Shown: positions 28,610 through 37,841, numbered from the stretch's first letter. The stretch: DNA of 64,000 nt from Candidatus Tayloriibacteriota bacterium (GCA_903893855.1 CAITNV010000054.1:32562-96561), one strand, 5' to 3'. Notes: generated from the letters alone by a model not told the origin. Program-made: numbers and translations.

Positions 28610-29215
28610 TTATTGTTCACTCTTTTCAACGGGAGGTGTATTTGGTCGAATTCTTCGGTCTGTACGCTCACGCCGTCCTCTTTGTCCCCCACCGTTTGAT
28701 GGAGAGCCCGCAATCAGAAGATATTTACGAGGGTTTTGATCAAGGTCGATAAAGTCATCAGCCGCTTCTATAAGCTTGCTCGATGTCGATTTTCCGAAAG
28801 AAACTACTTCAACCTGACATCCTTCATGGATCTGGAGGAATTCAACGAGTGGAATAAAATCTCCATCTCCTGTAACAAGGACAACTGCATCCAGTTTTGG
28901 TGCTAATTGCACGGCATCAATTGCCATACCAACGTCCCAATCGGCTTTTTTGCTTCCTCCTGAGAATATTTGAAGGTCCTTAGTCTTCGCTTCGATCCCC
29001 ATTTTAACTAAGGCTTCGAAAAAGGCTTTTTCGTCCCCCGCTTCGGTTGTAATAACATATGCTACCGCTCGGATGAGAGAACGGTCTCCAAGGGCATCTT
29101 TGACTATTTGTGCGAAATTAACTCGTGCGTGATAAAGGTTTTTTGCTGTATGATAAAGGTTTTGCGTATCGATAAAAATACCAACTCGCTGTTCTTTGTG
29201 TTTAATAACTGCCAT
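28610..29215 (-). CDS. NYN-domain (LabA-like, PIN-related) protein
   Basis: The N-terminus VGIFIDTQNLYHTAKNLY...VAYV is followed by LVTGDGDFIPLVEFLQ, as in NYN/LabA proteins. The C-terminus is a Gly/Arg-rich tail. Confidence 0.75.
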   Translation of the reverse strand: MAVIKHKEQRVGIFIDTQNLYHTAKNLYHARVNFAQIVKDALGDRSLIRAVAYVITTEAGDEKAFFEALVKMGIEAKTKDLQIFSGGSKKADWDVGMAIDAVQLAPKLDAVVLVTGDGDFIPLVEFLQIHEGCQVEVVSFGKSTSSKLIEAADDFIDLDQNPRKYLLIAGSPSNGGGQRGRRERTDRRIRPNTPPVEKSEQ

Positions 29216-29301
29216 AAAAAATAATATAGGCTATAAAAATAATAAATGTAAACGTACGAATACTTGAGAAAATAGAAAGAAGATAACAGTCTTAAGTAAA
29301 A

Positions 29302-29568
29302 CTATTTCTTAAGATCTAACTTTTTTGTTATTGAAGAATAGCGTCGAGGATACTTTTTCTTCAAGTAATTCAAATGTGTCTGTCGATCAGCTACCATGGC
29401 CAAAAGTCCACGTCGTGAGTGATTGTCTTTAGCGTGCTTCTTGAGGTGATTAGCTAGTTCCTCGATCTTTTTTGTAAGAATAGAAACTTGCACTTCTGGA
29501 GAGCCAGTATCTTTGTCGTGAATTGCGACTTCTTTAATAATCTTGCTTTTTTGTTTCGTTGTTAGCAT
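29302..29568 (-). CDS. rpsO: 30S ribosomal protein S15
   Basis: The sequence MLTTKQKSKIIKEVAIHDKDTGSPEVQVSILTKKIEELANHLKKHAKDNHSRRGLLAMVADRQTHLNYL is a clear S15 match. The start was trimmed to the internal Met of the track ORF. Confidence 0.92.
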   Translation of the reverse strand: MLTTKQKSKIIKEVAIHDKDTGSPEVQVSILTKKIEELANHLKKHAKDNHSRRGLLAMVADRQTHLNYLKKKYPRRYSSITKKLDLKK

Positions 29569-29631
29569 CGTGGTACCACAATAGCACAAATGGTCTTATG
29601 ATGCAAGCGATCTGTGTGTTTGTGATAGAAT

Positions 29632-30546
29632 ATGTGTATGTCGCACAACATCTCATCACCAATAGAACGGCTTAAAAAGGAGTTTTTACAGTATGTTGAA
29701 ATTGAAAAAGGGCGCAGTTTAAGCACCGTTTCCAACTATGATCACTATATATCTAGGTTTCTTGATTTCGCTAAGATAAAGGAAGCTTCTGAGATTACTG
29801 ACGATTTAGTAAGAAACTTCAGATTATGGCTTAATCGCCAAGGTTCTTTGAAGAAAAAGACTCAAAATTATTACCTTATCGCTTTTCGGGCTTTTCTTAA
29901 ATATATGGCTAAACGTGGGGTTGCCACCCTTCCTGCAGATAGAATTGAACTTGCCAAGGTTCCCGAACGGTCCCTTGACCTCATTTCAGCATCTGATTTG
30001 AAGCGTCTTTTTGATTCTCCAGACACCTCTACACCCGCAGGGCTTCGTGATAGAGCCATATTTGAGCTACTTTTCTCTACCGGTTTGCGCGTATCTGAGC
30101 TTTGTAGCCTTTCGAGAGACTTAGATATTAAAAGAGACGAATTCTCGATTAGAGGAAAGGGCGAGAAGGTAAGGGTTGTCTTTATATCCGAAAATGCTCG
30201 TAGTGCCGTAAAGAAATACATAGATTCACGGAAAGACATGGACGGTGCAATGTTTGTCCAAATTCCAAACAAAAAGATTAAATCGCAGAAATCATTGCGC
30301 CTAACTGCTCGTTCTGTCGAAAGAATTGTTAGTTACTACGCTGTTAAGGCTGGAATATCCAATAAAGTAACCCCACACGTGATACGGCACTCATTCGCTA
30401 CTGATTTATTGAGAAATGGGGCTGATTTGCGATCAGTTCAGATGCTTCTTGGACACTCAAATATATCAACTACCCAGATTTATACGCATATAACTGATAC
30501 TGAGCTTGGTAATATTCATAAAAAGTTCCATAATAAAGGAAAATAA
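29632..30546 (+). CDS. Tyrosine recombinase XerC/XerD family
   Basis: The motifs RDRAIFELLFSTGLRVSELCSL and HVIRHSFATDLLRNGADLRSVQMLLGHSNISTTQIYTH carry the R..HxxR..Y catalytic set. Confidence 0.88.
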   Translation: MCMSHNISSPIERLKKEFLQYVEIEKGRSLSTVSNYDHYISRFLDFAKIKEASEITDDLVRNFRLWLNRQGSLKKKTQNYYLIAFRAFLKYMAKRGVATLPADRIELAKVPERSLDLISASDLKRLFDSPDTSTPAGLRDRAIFELLFSTGLRVSELCSLSRDLDIKRDEFSIRGKGEKVRVVFISENARSAVKKYIDSRKDMDGAMFVQIPNKKIKSQKSLRLTARSVERIVSYYAVKAGISNKVTPHVIRHSFATDLLRNGADLRSVQMLLGHSNISTTQIYTHITDTELGNIHKKFHNKGK

Positions 30547-30547
30547 T

Positions 30548-31354
30548 ATGAGAATAATATCTTGGAATGTTAATGGATTGCGCGCAAACGTCAAAAAAGG
30601 CGGTTTCCAGTGGTTTACTGACGAATCACCAGATATTTACTGCATACAAGAAACAAAAGCTCACCCAGAGCAATTAGATGAGAATACTAGGAATCCACAA
30701 GGTTACACAGGATATTTCGATCATTCTAAGGGTAGAAAAGGATACAGTGGCGTTGCAATTTACGTTAAACAAGAAATTGAGGTTGAGAAGGTAGAATACG
30801 GCTTTGGTATTGATGAATTGGACCAAGAAGGTAGGTTCTTGGGCGTATTTATTGCAGGCGAAGCTAATATGGCCAACTCTGGTGTTAAAAAGTTTGTAAT
30901 AATTAACTCGTACTTCCCTAATGGAGGTAGTGGTCCTGATCGGCTTGAGTACAAACTCAAGTTTTACGATGCTTTCTTGAAGTACATAAATAAAGTTCAC
31001 AAGAAAGGATACGAGATTATTTTTTGTGGAGATATAAATACTGCGCATACAGAAATTGATTTGGCGAGACCAAAAGAAAATTCTGAGAATACTGGATTTT
31101 TACCAATCGAAAGAGCGTGGATCGACAAAGTTATTGCTGCGGGATACACAGACGTGTTTAGAAATTTTCACCCAAATGAAGTTGGACAGTATACATATTG
31201 GGATATGAAAACTTTTGCTCGAGATAGAAATGTTGGCTGGAGAATCGATTATTTTTTCGCAACTAAGCTTATTTTAAGCCATATTAAAGAGGCAAATATT
31301 TTAAAAGACATTATGGGTTCTGATCATTGTCCAATAGAAATGATTATAAAATAA
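30548..31354 (+). CDS. xth: Exodeoxyribonuclease III (AP endonuclease)
   Basis: The N-terminus is MRIISWNVNGLRA and the protein ends with the conserved SDHCP motif. The start was moved to the internal Met of the track ORF. Confidence 0.9.
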   Translation: MRIISWNVNGLRANVKKGGFQWFTDESPDIYCIQETKAHPEQLDENTRNPQGYTGYFDHSKGRKGYSGVAIYVKQEIEVEKVEYGFGIDELDQEGRFLGVFIAGEANMANSGVKKFVIINSYFPNGGSGPDRLEYKLKFYDAFLKYINKVHKKGYEIIFCGDINTAHTEIDLARPKENSENTGFLPIERAWIDKVIAAGYTDVFRNFHPNEVGQYTYWDMKTFARDRNVGWRIDYFFATKLILSHIKEANILKDIMGSDHCPIEMIIK

Positions 31355-31660
31355 GTTATCCACAGTTTATTTTGTTTTTGTCCTTTACAATGTCTTTTAG
31401 ATTGATAGAATAGTACCAGACCGGTAGAGAAATAAACCAAGGAGGTTTCTCCCATTGATCTTTGAAGAATTTTTTGGTTCAAGGGCATCGTGTGTAGTTC
31501 TCTGTTTCAATTAGGAAGCAACTACCCTTTCGGAGCTCTGCAGAATCTAAACCTCTTATCACTATTTTTTTAGAACCACATGGTTCGTTGTTATCAAGAA
31601 AGTGTTTAGATTCTCCTAAGGTCTGATCGTACCCCTTTACGGTAAGTTGTTTCTTTTTTA

Positions 31661-31757
31661 AGCCGCGTCGCGTACCTTATCTCTTGGTCCGCATACTACG
31701 CGGCTTTGTTTTGTCTGTTTCACGAGTAACATCGATAATGTTACTCGTGAAACGCCG
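31661..31757 (+). terminator. Tandem hairpins downstream of xth: a 9-bp GC-rich stem followed by a T-run (31661-31712), then a perfect 15-bp palindrome (31723-31757)
   Basis: The first hairpin is aagccgcgt...acgcggctt followed by tgttttgt. The second is tttcacgagtaacat-cgata-atgttactcgtgaaa. Both lie between the convergent xth and cca genes. Confidence 0.55.
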
Positions 31758-31804
31758 TATTTATATATTTTAAGCCATACAATTAGCAATCACTGAACGA
31801 ATCG

Positions 31805-33283
31805 CTATGATACGTGGTGTTTCCGTTTTATATCCTCAATATTGGAGTTTTCGAGTTCGTCACGCTTATCTTCGCCTTGTTTGCCAAGCTTTTTAAGGTC
31901 ATTATCAGGTAATTGAAGCAACTCAAGTGTTCTTTTTGTTAGATATTCGATGTTGTTGAGGGTAGGATTCTCCAAGACCTCTTCAAGGAGTGCGTTTAAT
32001 GTCCAGCCAATTTTAGGACCTGGGTTAATCTTCCCTATTTCCATAATTGCCTTTCCGTCAACTTTAAGCATTACTACTGAGATTGGGTCTCGAAGTGCTT
32101 CTTCTATCATTGATTTGTATTTACGCAGTCTGTAAGGACTTTCTTTCGGTCTTCCCGTTCCTATACGATCGCAAATGCGGATGTTTACTAAGTCCCATAT
32201 ATCGTCTTTCCCTACATTAGCTATCATTCTGCGTACAGCAGATAATGTTATTGTTTCAGTATCTGAGAAAAACATATGCCATCGCACTAGTTTCACTACT
32301 TTATCTATGATTTTACGAGGGAATTTGAGTCTCTCAAGAATACTCTCTGTTTCACGTGAACCAACCACCTCGTGCCCGTAGAACGTAAATTGATTGGTTT
32401 CACGTGAAAAACGACGTGTTTGAGGTTTAGCTATGTCATGAAACAGAGCCGCAAGACGTATTTCAAGTAGCCATTTTTTGTCAGCAGCGTGTTGCATTGT
32501 TCTTAGACAATGCTCCCAGACGTCGAATGAGTGTGCCTGATTCTGTTCAACATTAATGCCCTTTTCAAGCTCCGGTACGATATATTGTAAAAGACCGAGA
32601 CTATGCAACAGCTCAATCGCTTCTTTCGGCTTGTCCGATAGGAGTATTTTAGTAAACTCATCCCTAACCCTTTCACGTGAAACACCTGAAAGAAGGCCTG
32701 ATTTAGCCATAATTGCACTTCTGGTCTCTGCGTTAATCGTGAAACCTAACTCAGCGCTTAAACGAACAGCCCTAATAAGACGTAAAGCGTCTTCCTCGAA
32801 ACGTTCCTCAGGCTTCCCTACGGTCCTTATTACTTTGTCCTTTATGTCCTTTATTCCTCCGAAAAGGTCAACCGTGTCTTTTATGACTCCATTTGAGACA
32901 TTTATAGCTATTGCATTAACTGTGAAGTCACGTCTCTTGAGATCGTCTGATATGTCTTTAGTAAAGACGACACTATCTGGCCGTCTATGGTCGCTATATA
33001 CCCCTTCAATGCGATATGGAGTTACTTCTATAATCTTGAGTGTTTCGTCCTGACTATCCCCATAGACCACACCCACAGTGCCAAAGGTGTTTTCATAGAA
33101 AGTTTTAGGAAACAGTGCAACGATATTTTCCGGTGTCGCGTTTGTAGTTATATCCCAGTCTTTCGGTTTCTTGCCAAGGAAGAAATCTCTAGTGCAACCG
33201 CCCACCATGTATGCCTCAAAACCTGCCTTCTCTAAGACGTCGATTGTATTAGTTACTTGTGTTGGGATTAGTTCGGATTGCAT
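31805..33283 (-). CDS. cca: CCA-adding tRNA nucleotidyltransferase (PolyA_pol head plus HD domain)
   Basis: The motifs GGCTRDFFLGKKPKDWDITT and HDIAKP (HD domain) are present. The start was set at MQSELIPTQ, an internal Met of the 519-aa track ORF. Confidence 0.85.
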   Translation of the reverse strand: MQSELIPTQVTNTIDVLEKAGFEAYMVGGCTRDFFLGKKPKDWDITTNATPENIVALFPKTFYENTFGTVGVVYGDSQDETLKIIEVTPYRIEGVYSDHRRPDSVVFTKDISDDLKRRDFTVNAIAINVSNGVIKDTVDLFGGIKDIKDKVIRTVGKPEERFEEDALRLIRAVRLSAELGFTINAETRSAIMAKSGLLSGVSRERVRDEFTKILLSDKPKEAIELLHSLGLLQYIVPELEKGINVEQNQAHSFDVWEHCLRTMQHAADKKWLLEIRLAALFHDIAKPQTRRFSRETNQFTFYGHEVVGSRETESILERLKFPRKIIDKVVKLVRWHMFFSDTETITLSAVRRMIANVGKDDIWDLVNIRICDRIGTGRPKESPYRLRKYKSMIEEALRDPISVVMLKVDGKAIMEIGKINPGPKIGWTLNALLEEVLENPTLNNIEYLTKRTLELLQLPDNDLKKLGKQGEDKRDELENSNIEDIKRKHHVS

Positions 33284-33428
33284 ATATTTACATTGATTAT
33301 TCATCAAACAGTCAATTATTTTTATATGGTAGCATTTTTTATTTAAAAACAGAATTTTTGACATGTCTAAGAATGTTTCGGTCTTGTTATTTGAACATAA
33401 TTGTATAATAATATTGTTATATAATAAT

Positions 33429-34178
33429 ATGGATAATGTCCAATTAAAAAATAGAGCTATAAGACTTAGAGAAGAGGGTTACTCTTATTCTGAGATAGAA
33501 CGTGCACTTTTTATCCCGAAAAGCACATTATCATATTGGTTGAAGGGGATTTCGCTTAATTCGGATCAAATAATTGGACTAAAGAAACGAAATCTTGAAA
33601 AGGGGAGTAGGGGACGCTTCTCCAATTCAATTAACCTGAAGGTAAGAAAAGTCCATAGAGAGCAGGTCGCGCATTCGAGGGCCAAGTATGAGTTTGATAA
33701 GATAATTAACCCTGTTCACGTGCATTACCCATTCACAACAGTCATAGGTGATACACGCCTAAATAATCTATTTGTAACTGGTGTAAGCCTGTATCTGGCA
33801 CATGGCGGAAAGACTGGTGGATATTTCCAATTTATGAGTTCAGATCACCAGATACTTGGTATTATGATTGATTGGATTGAGGTTTTTCTTAATATTGATA
33901 GGAAATCAATCAAATACAGGCTTATTATTCATGAAAGCTACAAAGATCAAGATATTGAAGGCTATTGGATCAATGTATTGGGGATAAATAAAGAAAATAT
34001 GCAAAAAAGCATATTTACTACCAAGGGTATAGAACGTAATAAGAGGCCTGCATATAAGGGTTCTATTGGTATAGTGATCACCAATATCGAGGTATTTAGA
34101 AGGGTAATGGCTTGGCAAAATCTACTTATCAAGTATTATAAGGGTGTAAGTGATGGGGAAAGTGAATTGCTCCCGTAG
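33429..34178 (+). CDS. Hypothetical protein with an N-terminal HTH motif (LREEGYSYSEIERALFIPKSTLSYWLKG). The C-terminal domain is unknown.
   Basis: The ORF track gives 33363-34178. The start was chosen at MDNVQLK. The 3' end overlaps the tRNA-Arg gene by about 10 nt. Confidence 0.5.
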   Translation: MDNVQLKNRAIRLREEGYSYSEIERALFIPKSTLSYWLKGISLNSDQIIGLKKRNLEKGSRGRFSNSINLKVRKVHREQVAHSRAKYEFDKIINPVHVHYPFTTVIGDTRLNNLFVTGVSLYLAHGGKTGGYFQFMSSDHQILGIMIDWIEVFLNIDRKSIKYRLIIHESYKDQDIEGYWINVLGINKENMQKSIFTTKGIERNKRPAYKGSIGIVITNIEVFRRVMAWQNLLIKYYKGVSDGESELLP

Positions 34179-34240
34179 TGAAATGGATATCACATCAGTC
34201 TTCGGAACTGCTGTTGGGGGTTCGAATCCCTCCGGGAGCA
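34169..34240 (+). tRNA. tRNA-Arg (anticodon TCG), no encoded CCA
   Basis: The 72-nt sequence folds manually into a cloverleaf. It has a 7-bp acceptor stem (GCTCCCG/CGGGAGC), a D-arm, an anticodon loop cTTCGga and a T-arm GGGGGTTCGAATCCCTC. Confidence 0.6.
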
Positions 34241-34304
34241 CAAGAAATATGGCAGAAAAGACATACTTCTGTTAGAATAATGTTGTAAATTTATTGTAGG
34301 TAAT

Positions 34305-34378
34305 GCGGGCATGGTTTAGTGGTAGAACACGTCCTTGCCAAGGACGAGACGGGAGTTCGATTCTCCCTGCCCGCACCA
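34305..34378 (+). tRNA. tRNA-Gly (anticodon GCC), CCA encoded
   Basis: The sequence GCGGGCA...TGCCCGCACCA folds as a cloverleaf. The anticodon stem-loop is CGTCC-TTGCCAA-GGACG and the T-loop is GGGAGTTCGATTCTCCC. Confidence 0.8.
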
Positions 34379-34417
34379 AATTAGCTGAAATATAAGGGTC
34401 ATTGTTTCGGACAAAAC

Positions 34418-34438
34418 TGTGGATAACTCTGTGGATAG
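34418..34438. promoter_or_regulatory. Tandem DnaA boxes (TGTGGATAA, a perfect reverse complement of TTATCCACA, and TGTGGATAG) upstream of yraN
   Basis: The sequence is directly visible at aaaactgtggataactctgtggatagtg. It lies outside the origin region. Confidence 0.45.
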
Positions 34439-34570
34439 TGTTGGTAAAAGACATAAAAAATGGCTTATATTCACAAGGTCATTTTAAAGTAAAAAGTCAG
34501 TTTAGTCAGAATACTCTTATTTTAAGGGCTATATTCGTAAAAAGACATTATTTAACACATTACGGACAAA

Positions 34571-34966
34571 ATGTTTAAGAATACTAAAGAAAAAGGTGCG
34601 GCAGGTGAGGAAATAGCTTGTAAATATCTAGTGAAAAACGGTTTCACTATCCTTGATAGGAATTATCAAAAAAAGTGGGGAGAATTGGATATTGTCGCTA
34701 ATTATAAGGGTATACTTAATTTTATTGAGGTAAAGAGCGTGCTAGGTAGTATAAAGGACGCTAAAGGTGATACAGATGCGGGCTATAGGCCAGAAGATAA
34801 CGTGCATATCCGTAAGCAGGGAAGGCTACGACGAGTAATACAGTCATATTTACAAGAGAGGGGCTATTCAATTGAAACCGATTTCTGTTTTACAATTGCT
34901 ATTGTTGTGATGGATATTAAGCTACGCAGAGCAAAAGTGAGACTTATAGAAAATGTCGTCTTTTAG
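34571..34966 (+). CDS. yraN: YraN family (UPF0102) putative endonuclease
   Basis: The motifs GEEIACKYLVKNGFTILDRNYQKKWGELDIVA...FIEVK carry the conserved YraN core. Confidence 0.8.
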   Translation: MFKNTKEKGAAGEEIACKYLVKNGFTILDRNYQKKWGELDIVANYKGILNFIEVKSVLGSIKDAKGDTDAGYRPEDNVHIRKQGRLRRVIQSYLQERGYSIETDFCFTIAIVVMDIKLRRAKVRLIENVVF

Positions 34967-35037
34967 AAAAACCAATAAATATGGAGTTTTTCGCCTTGCT
35001 GTGGTACGATGTGGAAGTTATTATTTTATTTAGTTTT

Positions 35038-35113
35038 CGGAGTGTGGTGTAACGGCTAACATCCTTGTTTTGGGAACAAGTGACTCCGGGTTCGAATCCC
35101 GGCACTCCGACCA
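35038..35113 (+). tRNA. tRNA-Pro (anticodon TGG), CCA encoded
   Basis: The sequence CGGAGTG...CACTCCGACCA has an anticodon stem-loop CTTGT-TTTGGGA-ACAAG and a T-loop CCGGGTTCGAATCCCGG. Confidence 0.8.
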
Positions 35114-35135
35114 GTTTGTGATAAAATTAGACAAT

Positions 35136-35206
35136 GCGGGATTAGTTAAATGGTATAATAACAGTTTTCCAAACTGTGGTCGGGAGTTCGATTCTCCCAT
35201 CCCGCA
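35136..35206 (+). tRNA. tRNA-Gly (anticodon TCC), no encoded CCA
   Basis: The sequence GCGGGAT...ATCCCGCA has an anticodon stem-loop ACAGT-TTTCCAA-ACTGT and a T-arm GGGAGTTCGATTCTCCC. The D-loop is short. Confidence 0.7.
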
Positions 35207-35216
35207 CAATAGACAT

Positions 35217-35786
35217 ATGAAATTAAAAGATAACTATGCAATAGTTATGATAGGGAAGACTCATACTGGTAAGACTACATTTGCTCAGGATATAGTTAAA
35301 AGACTCAATACCTTCGAGATATTAGAAGCTGATGCGGTAAGTTTATTTCTTAAGGCGAATTTTCCGCTACTTCGGGAGATCGATAAATCAAAGCATGGCG
35401 TTTGGGAAACACCGACATTAAAATTGCTTCTTTTCCAAGATATCGTTAAATATGCCTTTGTAAATAATCTTAATGTGATTCTTGCGAATTCTAACTTATC
35501 CACAAAGGTTAGATCCGAAAACCTTTTTTAAGCTAAAGAATTCAGATACAAGACAATAGGTATTTTCTTAAATTACTCTGATGATTCTATCAATCGACAC
35601 ATCGCTCAATCTGTAAGAGCAACTGAAGTGCTCAATAAAACAAAGACATATGATGAATTGCTCGTAAAACAAAAGAAAATGCTCGAAGCTCCTTCTTCAA
35701 ATGAATTTGATTATTTTCTTGAGGTAACAAAACCAGAAGATCTTGTGTCGATTAGGGAGAAAGTTATTTCAATTGTATCAACATAA
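35217..35786 (+). pseudogene. P-loop NTPase (AAA/kinase-like, Walker A GKTHTGKTT) interrupted by an in-frame TAA at 35529-35531. The same reading frame stays open for another 84 codons.
   Basis: The first part is MKLKDNYAIVMIGKTHTGKTTFAQDIVKRL...VRSENLF. After the stop, the frame continues AKEFRYKTIGIFLNYSDDSINRHIAQ...EKVISIVST. The N-terminal part of track ORF 35070-35531 overlaps the tRNA genes and was trimmed. Confidence 0.5.
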
Positions 35787-35892
35787 ATATGAATAAAGTG
35801 AGTATGTCCCCAACACGTAGACATACGACAGGGAAGAGGCAACAAAAAACCGCTTTATGCGGTCTTTTGTTGCTTAAACTAAGCAAATAGAG

Positions 35893-36165
35893 CTATTTAA
35901 CTGCGTCCTTCAAAGCCTTTGCTGCTCGGAACTTAGGAACTCGCATTGCTGGAACTTTGATTGCTTCGCCAGTTCGAGGGTTTCGAGCTTCTCGTGCTGC
36001 TCGCTGCTTCACTGAGAAGATACCAAGACCTGCAACTGAAACCTCTTCGCCCTTCTTCATTGTATTGACGATTGAGTCGAACACTACGTCAACGGCCTGT
36101 TCTGCCTGAACCTTAGTACCACCTAATATTGCATGGACTGCATCTACGATTGCTGCTTTATTCAT
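35893..36165 (-). CDS. hup: DNA-binding protein HU
   Basis: The sequence is MNKAAIVDAVHAIL...GEEVSVAGLGIFSVKQRAAREARNPRTGEAIKVPAMRVPKFRAAKALKDAV. The start was trimmed to the internal Met. Confidence 0.9.
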   Translation of the reverse strand: MNKAAIVDAVHAILGGTKVQAEQAVDVVFDSIVNTMKKGEEVSVAGLGIFSVKQRAAREARNPRTGEAIKVPAMRVPKFRAAKALKDAVK

Positions 36166-36311
36166 GAAAATATATTTATTACTATTAATAATGGGTTTAA
36201 CCACTGCAATCATTATATCGTAAGGGTTTTTTGACGCAATAGCCTAAAAATAGCGACACAATATTACCTTATCGGCAAATATGTGTCGCTATTTTTTATG
36301 GTGACGATATA

Positions 36312-37841
36312 TTATCGAGCAAATTCAACTGCACGTAGCTCACGAACGATGGTAACCTTAATTTCCCCAGGATATTTAAGGTCCTTTTCGATTTTTAGGG
36401 CTATATCGCGGGCCATGTTTCGAGCTTCCAAATCAGTAACATCTTCGGGTTTTACAAATATTCTGATTTCACGGCCAGCTTGAAGGGCGTATGACTTCTC
36501 CACACCCTTAAATCCATTTGCAATTGCTTCTAGATCACCAAGCCGCTTGAGATAATTCTCAATACTATCACTACGAGCCCCCGGACGTGCTCCAGATATT
36601 GCGTCTGCGGTTTGCACAATGCGCGATTCAATCGTTTCATAAGGATATTCCTCATGATGTGCTTGCATTGCTTTGATGATATCTTCGTTCGCGCCAAATT
36701 TCTGAAGTATTCTGCGGCCAATCTCTACATGTGTGCCAGCTACTTCGTGATCGAGAGCTTTACCAAGATCGTGCAGAAGGGCACCAGCTTTCGCTACAGC
36801 AACGTTTGCTCCAATCTCTTCCGCTATCATACCCGCAATGTGCGACATCTCTATTGAATGCTGCAATACATTCTGGCCATAGCTCGTTCGGAAATGTAAA
36901 CGACCGAGTATTAATAGTATTCGTGGATCAAGGCCAACAACACCACACTCATATGCTGCTTGCTCACCCTTCTCTTTAATACTCTTATTGATGTCGGCTT
37001 GAGCCTGTTCAACCGCCTTCTCGATCTTAGCTGGTTGGATACGGCCATCTTTAATTAACTCTTCAAGTGCAGCCTTGGCTACGTGACGTCGTACAGGATC
37101 GAATGATGATATGGTAATAGCCCCAGGCGTATCATCGACAATCACTTCAACTCCAGTCATACGTTCGAATGCCTTAATGTTGCGACCTTCTTTCCCGATG
37201 ATTTTACCTTTTATCTCGTCGTTCGGAATGCTGACATTGGTTGACATTACATCTGCAGCTACGGAACTCGCAAGGCGCTGGATCGACATTGCTAAGATAT
37301 CCTTGGCTTTATTCTCGAGGGTTTCTTGTCCTGATGTTTCGAGCTTTTGAATCCGAACTAAAAGGTCCGCTTCGGCGTTCTTTTCAATTGTTTTAAGCAA
37401 TTCGGTTCTCGCTTCTTCTTCAGTCAATCGTGCAGTCTTTTGAAGTGTTTCTTTTTTCTCTTGCTCTATCTTTTCTGTTCGATCTCGAATAATACGGATC
37501 TCAGATATTCTCTCTTTTATGATTTCAACTTCCTTATCAATATCGGTTTGACGCTTGTCGAGAAGGTCTTCTTTCTTAATAAGGCGGCTTTCTGTTTGTT
37601 CGGCTTTCTCTTCTTTTTCACGGATATCTTGTTTGCTCTGTTCAATAAGTGTATCTGCTTTCGTCTGTGCTTCAGTCGTAATCTTCTTTGCTTCTTCCTT
37701 TGCTGTTAGCAACATCTCTTTGATATCTAATTCCATCGAACCTTTTTTGCCAAGGGAGATGATGAGTCGAAGATAATATCCAATTGCAATACCTAAAATT
37801 CCTGCAATACCTAATAAAATAACAATTACTTTTAATGACAT
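36312..37841 (-). CDS. rny: Ribonuclease Y
   Basis: An N-terminal TM is followed by a Lys/Glu-rich coiled coil, a KH domain (GKIIGKEGRNIKAFE) and an HD domain (LLHDLGKALDHE). Confidence 0.9.
   Translation of the reverse strand: MSLKVIVILLGIAGILGIAIGYYLRLIISLGKKGSMELDIKEMLLTAKEEAKKITTEAQTKADTLIEQSKQDIREKEEKAEQTESRLIKKEDLLDKRQTDIDKEVEIIKERISEIRIIRDRTEKIEQEKKETLQKTARLTEEEARTELLKTIEKNAEADLLVRIQKLETSGQETLENKAKDILAMSIQRLASSVAADVMSTNVSIPNDEIKGKIIGKEGRNIKAFERMTGVEVIVDDTPGAITISSFDPVRRHVAKAALEELIKDGRIQPAKIEKAVEQAQADINKSIKEKGEQAAYECGVVGLDPRILLILGRLHFRTSYGQNVLQHSIEMSHIAGMIAEEIGANVAVAKAGALLHDLGKALDHEVAGTHVEIGRRILQKFGANEDIIKAMQAHHEEYPYETIESRIVQTADAISGARPGARSDSIENYLKRLGDLEAIANGFKGVEKSYALQAGREIRIFVKPEDVTDLEARNMARDIALKIEKDLKYPGEIKVTIVRELRAVEFAR

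Noticed and set aside
34272-34454. 60-aa minus-strand ORF
   Set aside because: It lies across the tRNA-Gly(GCC) gene and the DnaA-box pair. It is a chance frame.
35070-35216. N-terminal 49 codons of track ORF 35070-35531
   Set aside because: This portion overlaps tRNA-Pro and tRNA-Gly(TCC). The protein-like sequence, with its Walker A, begins at the internal Met at 35217.
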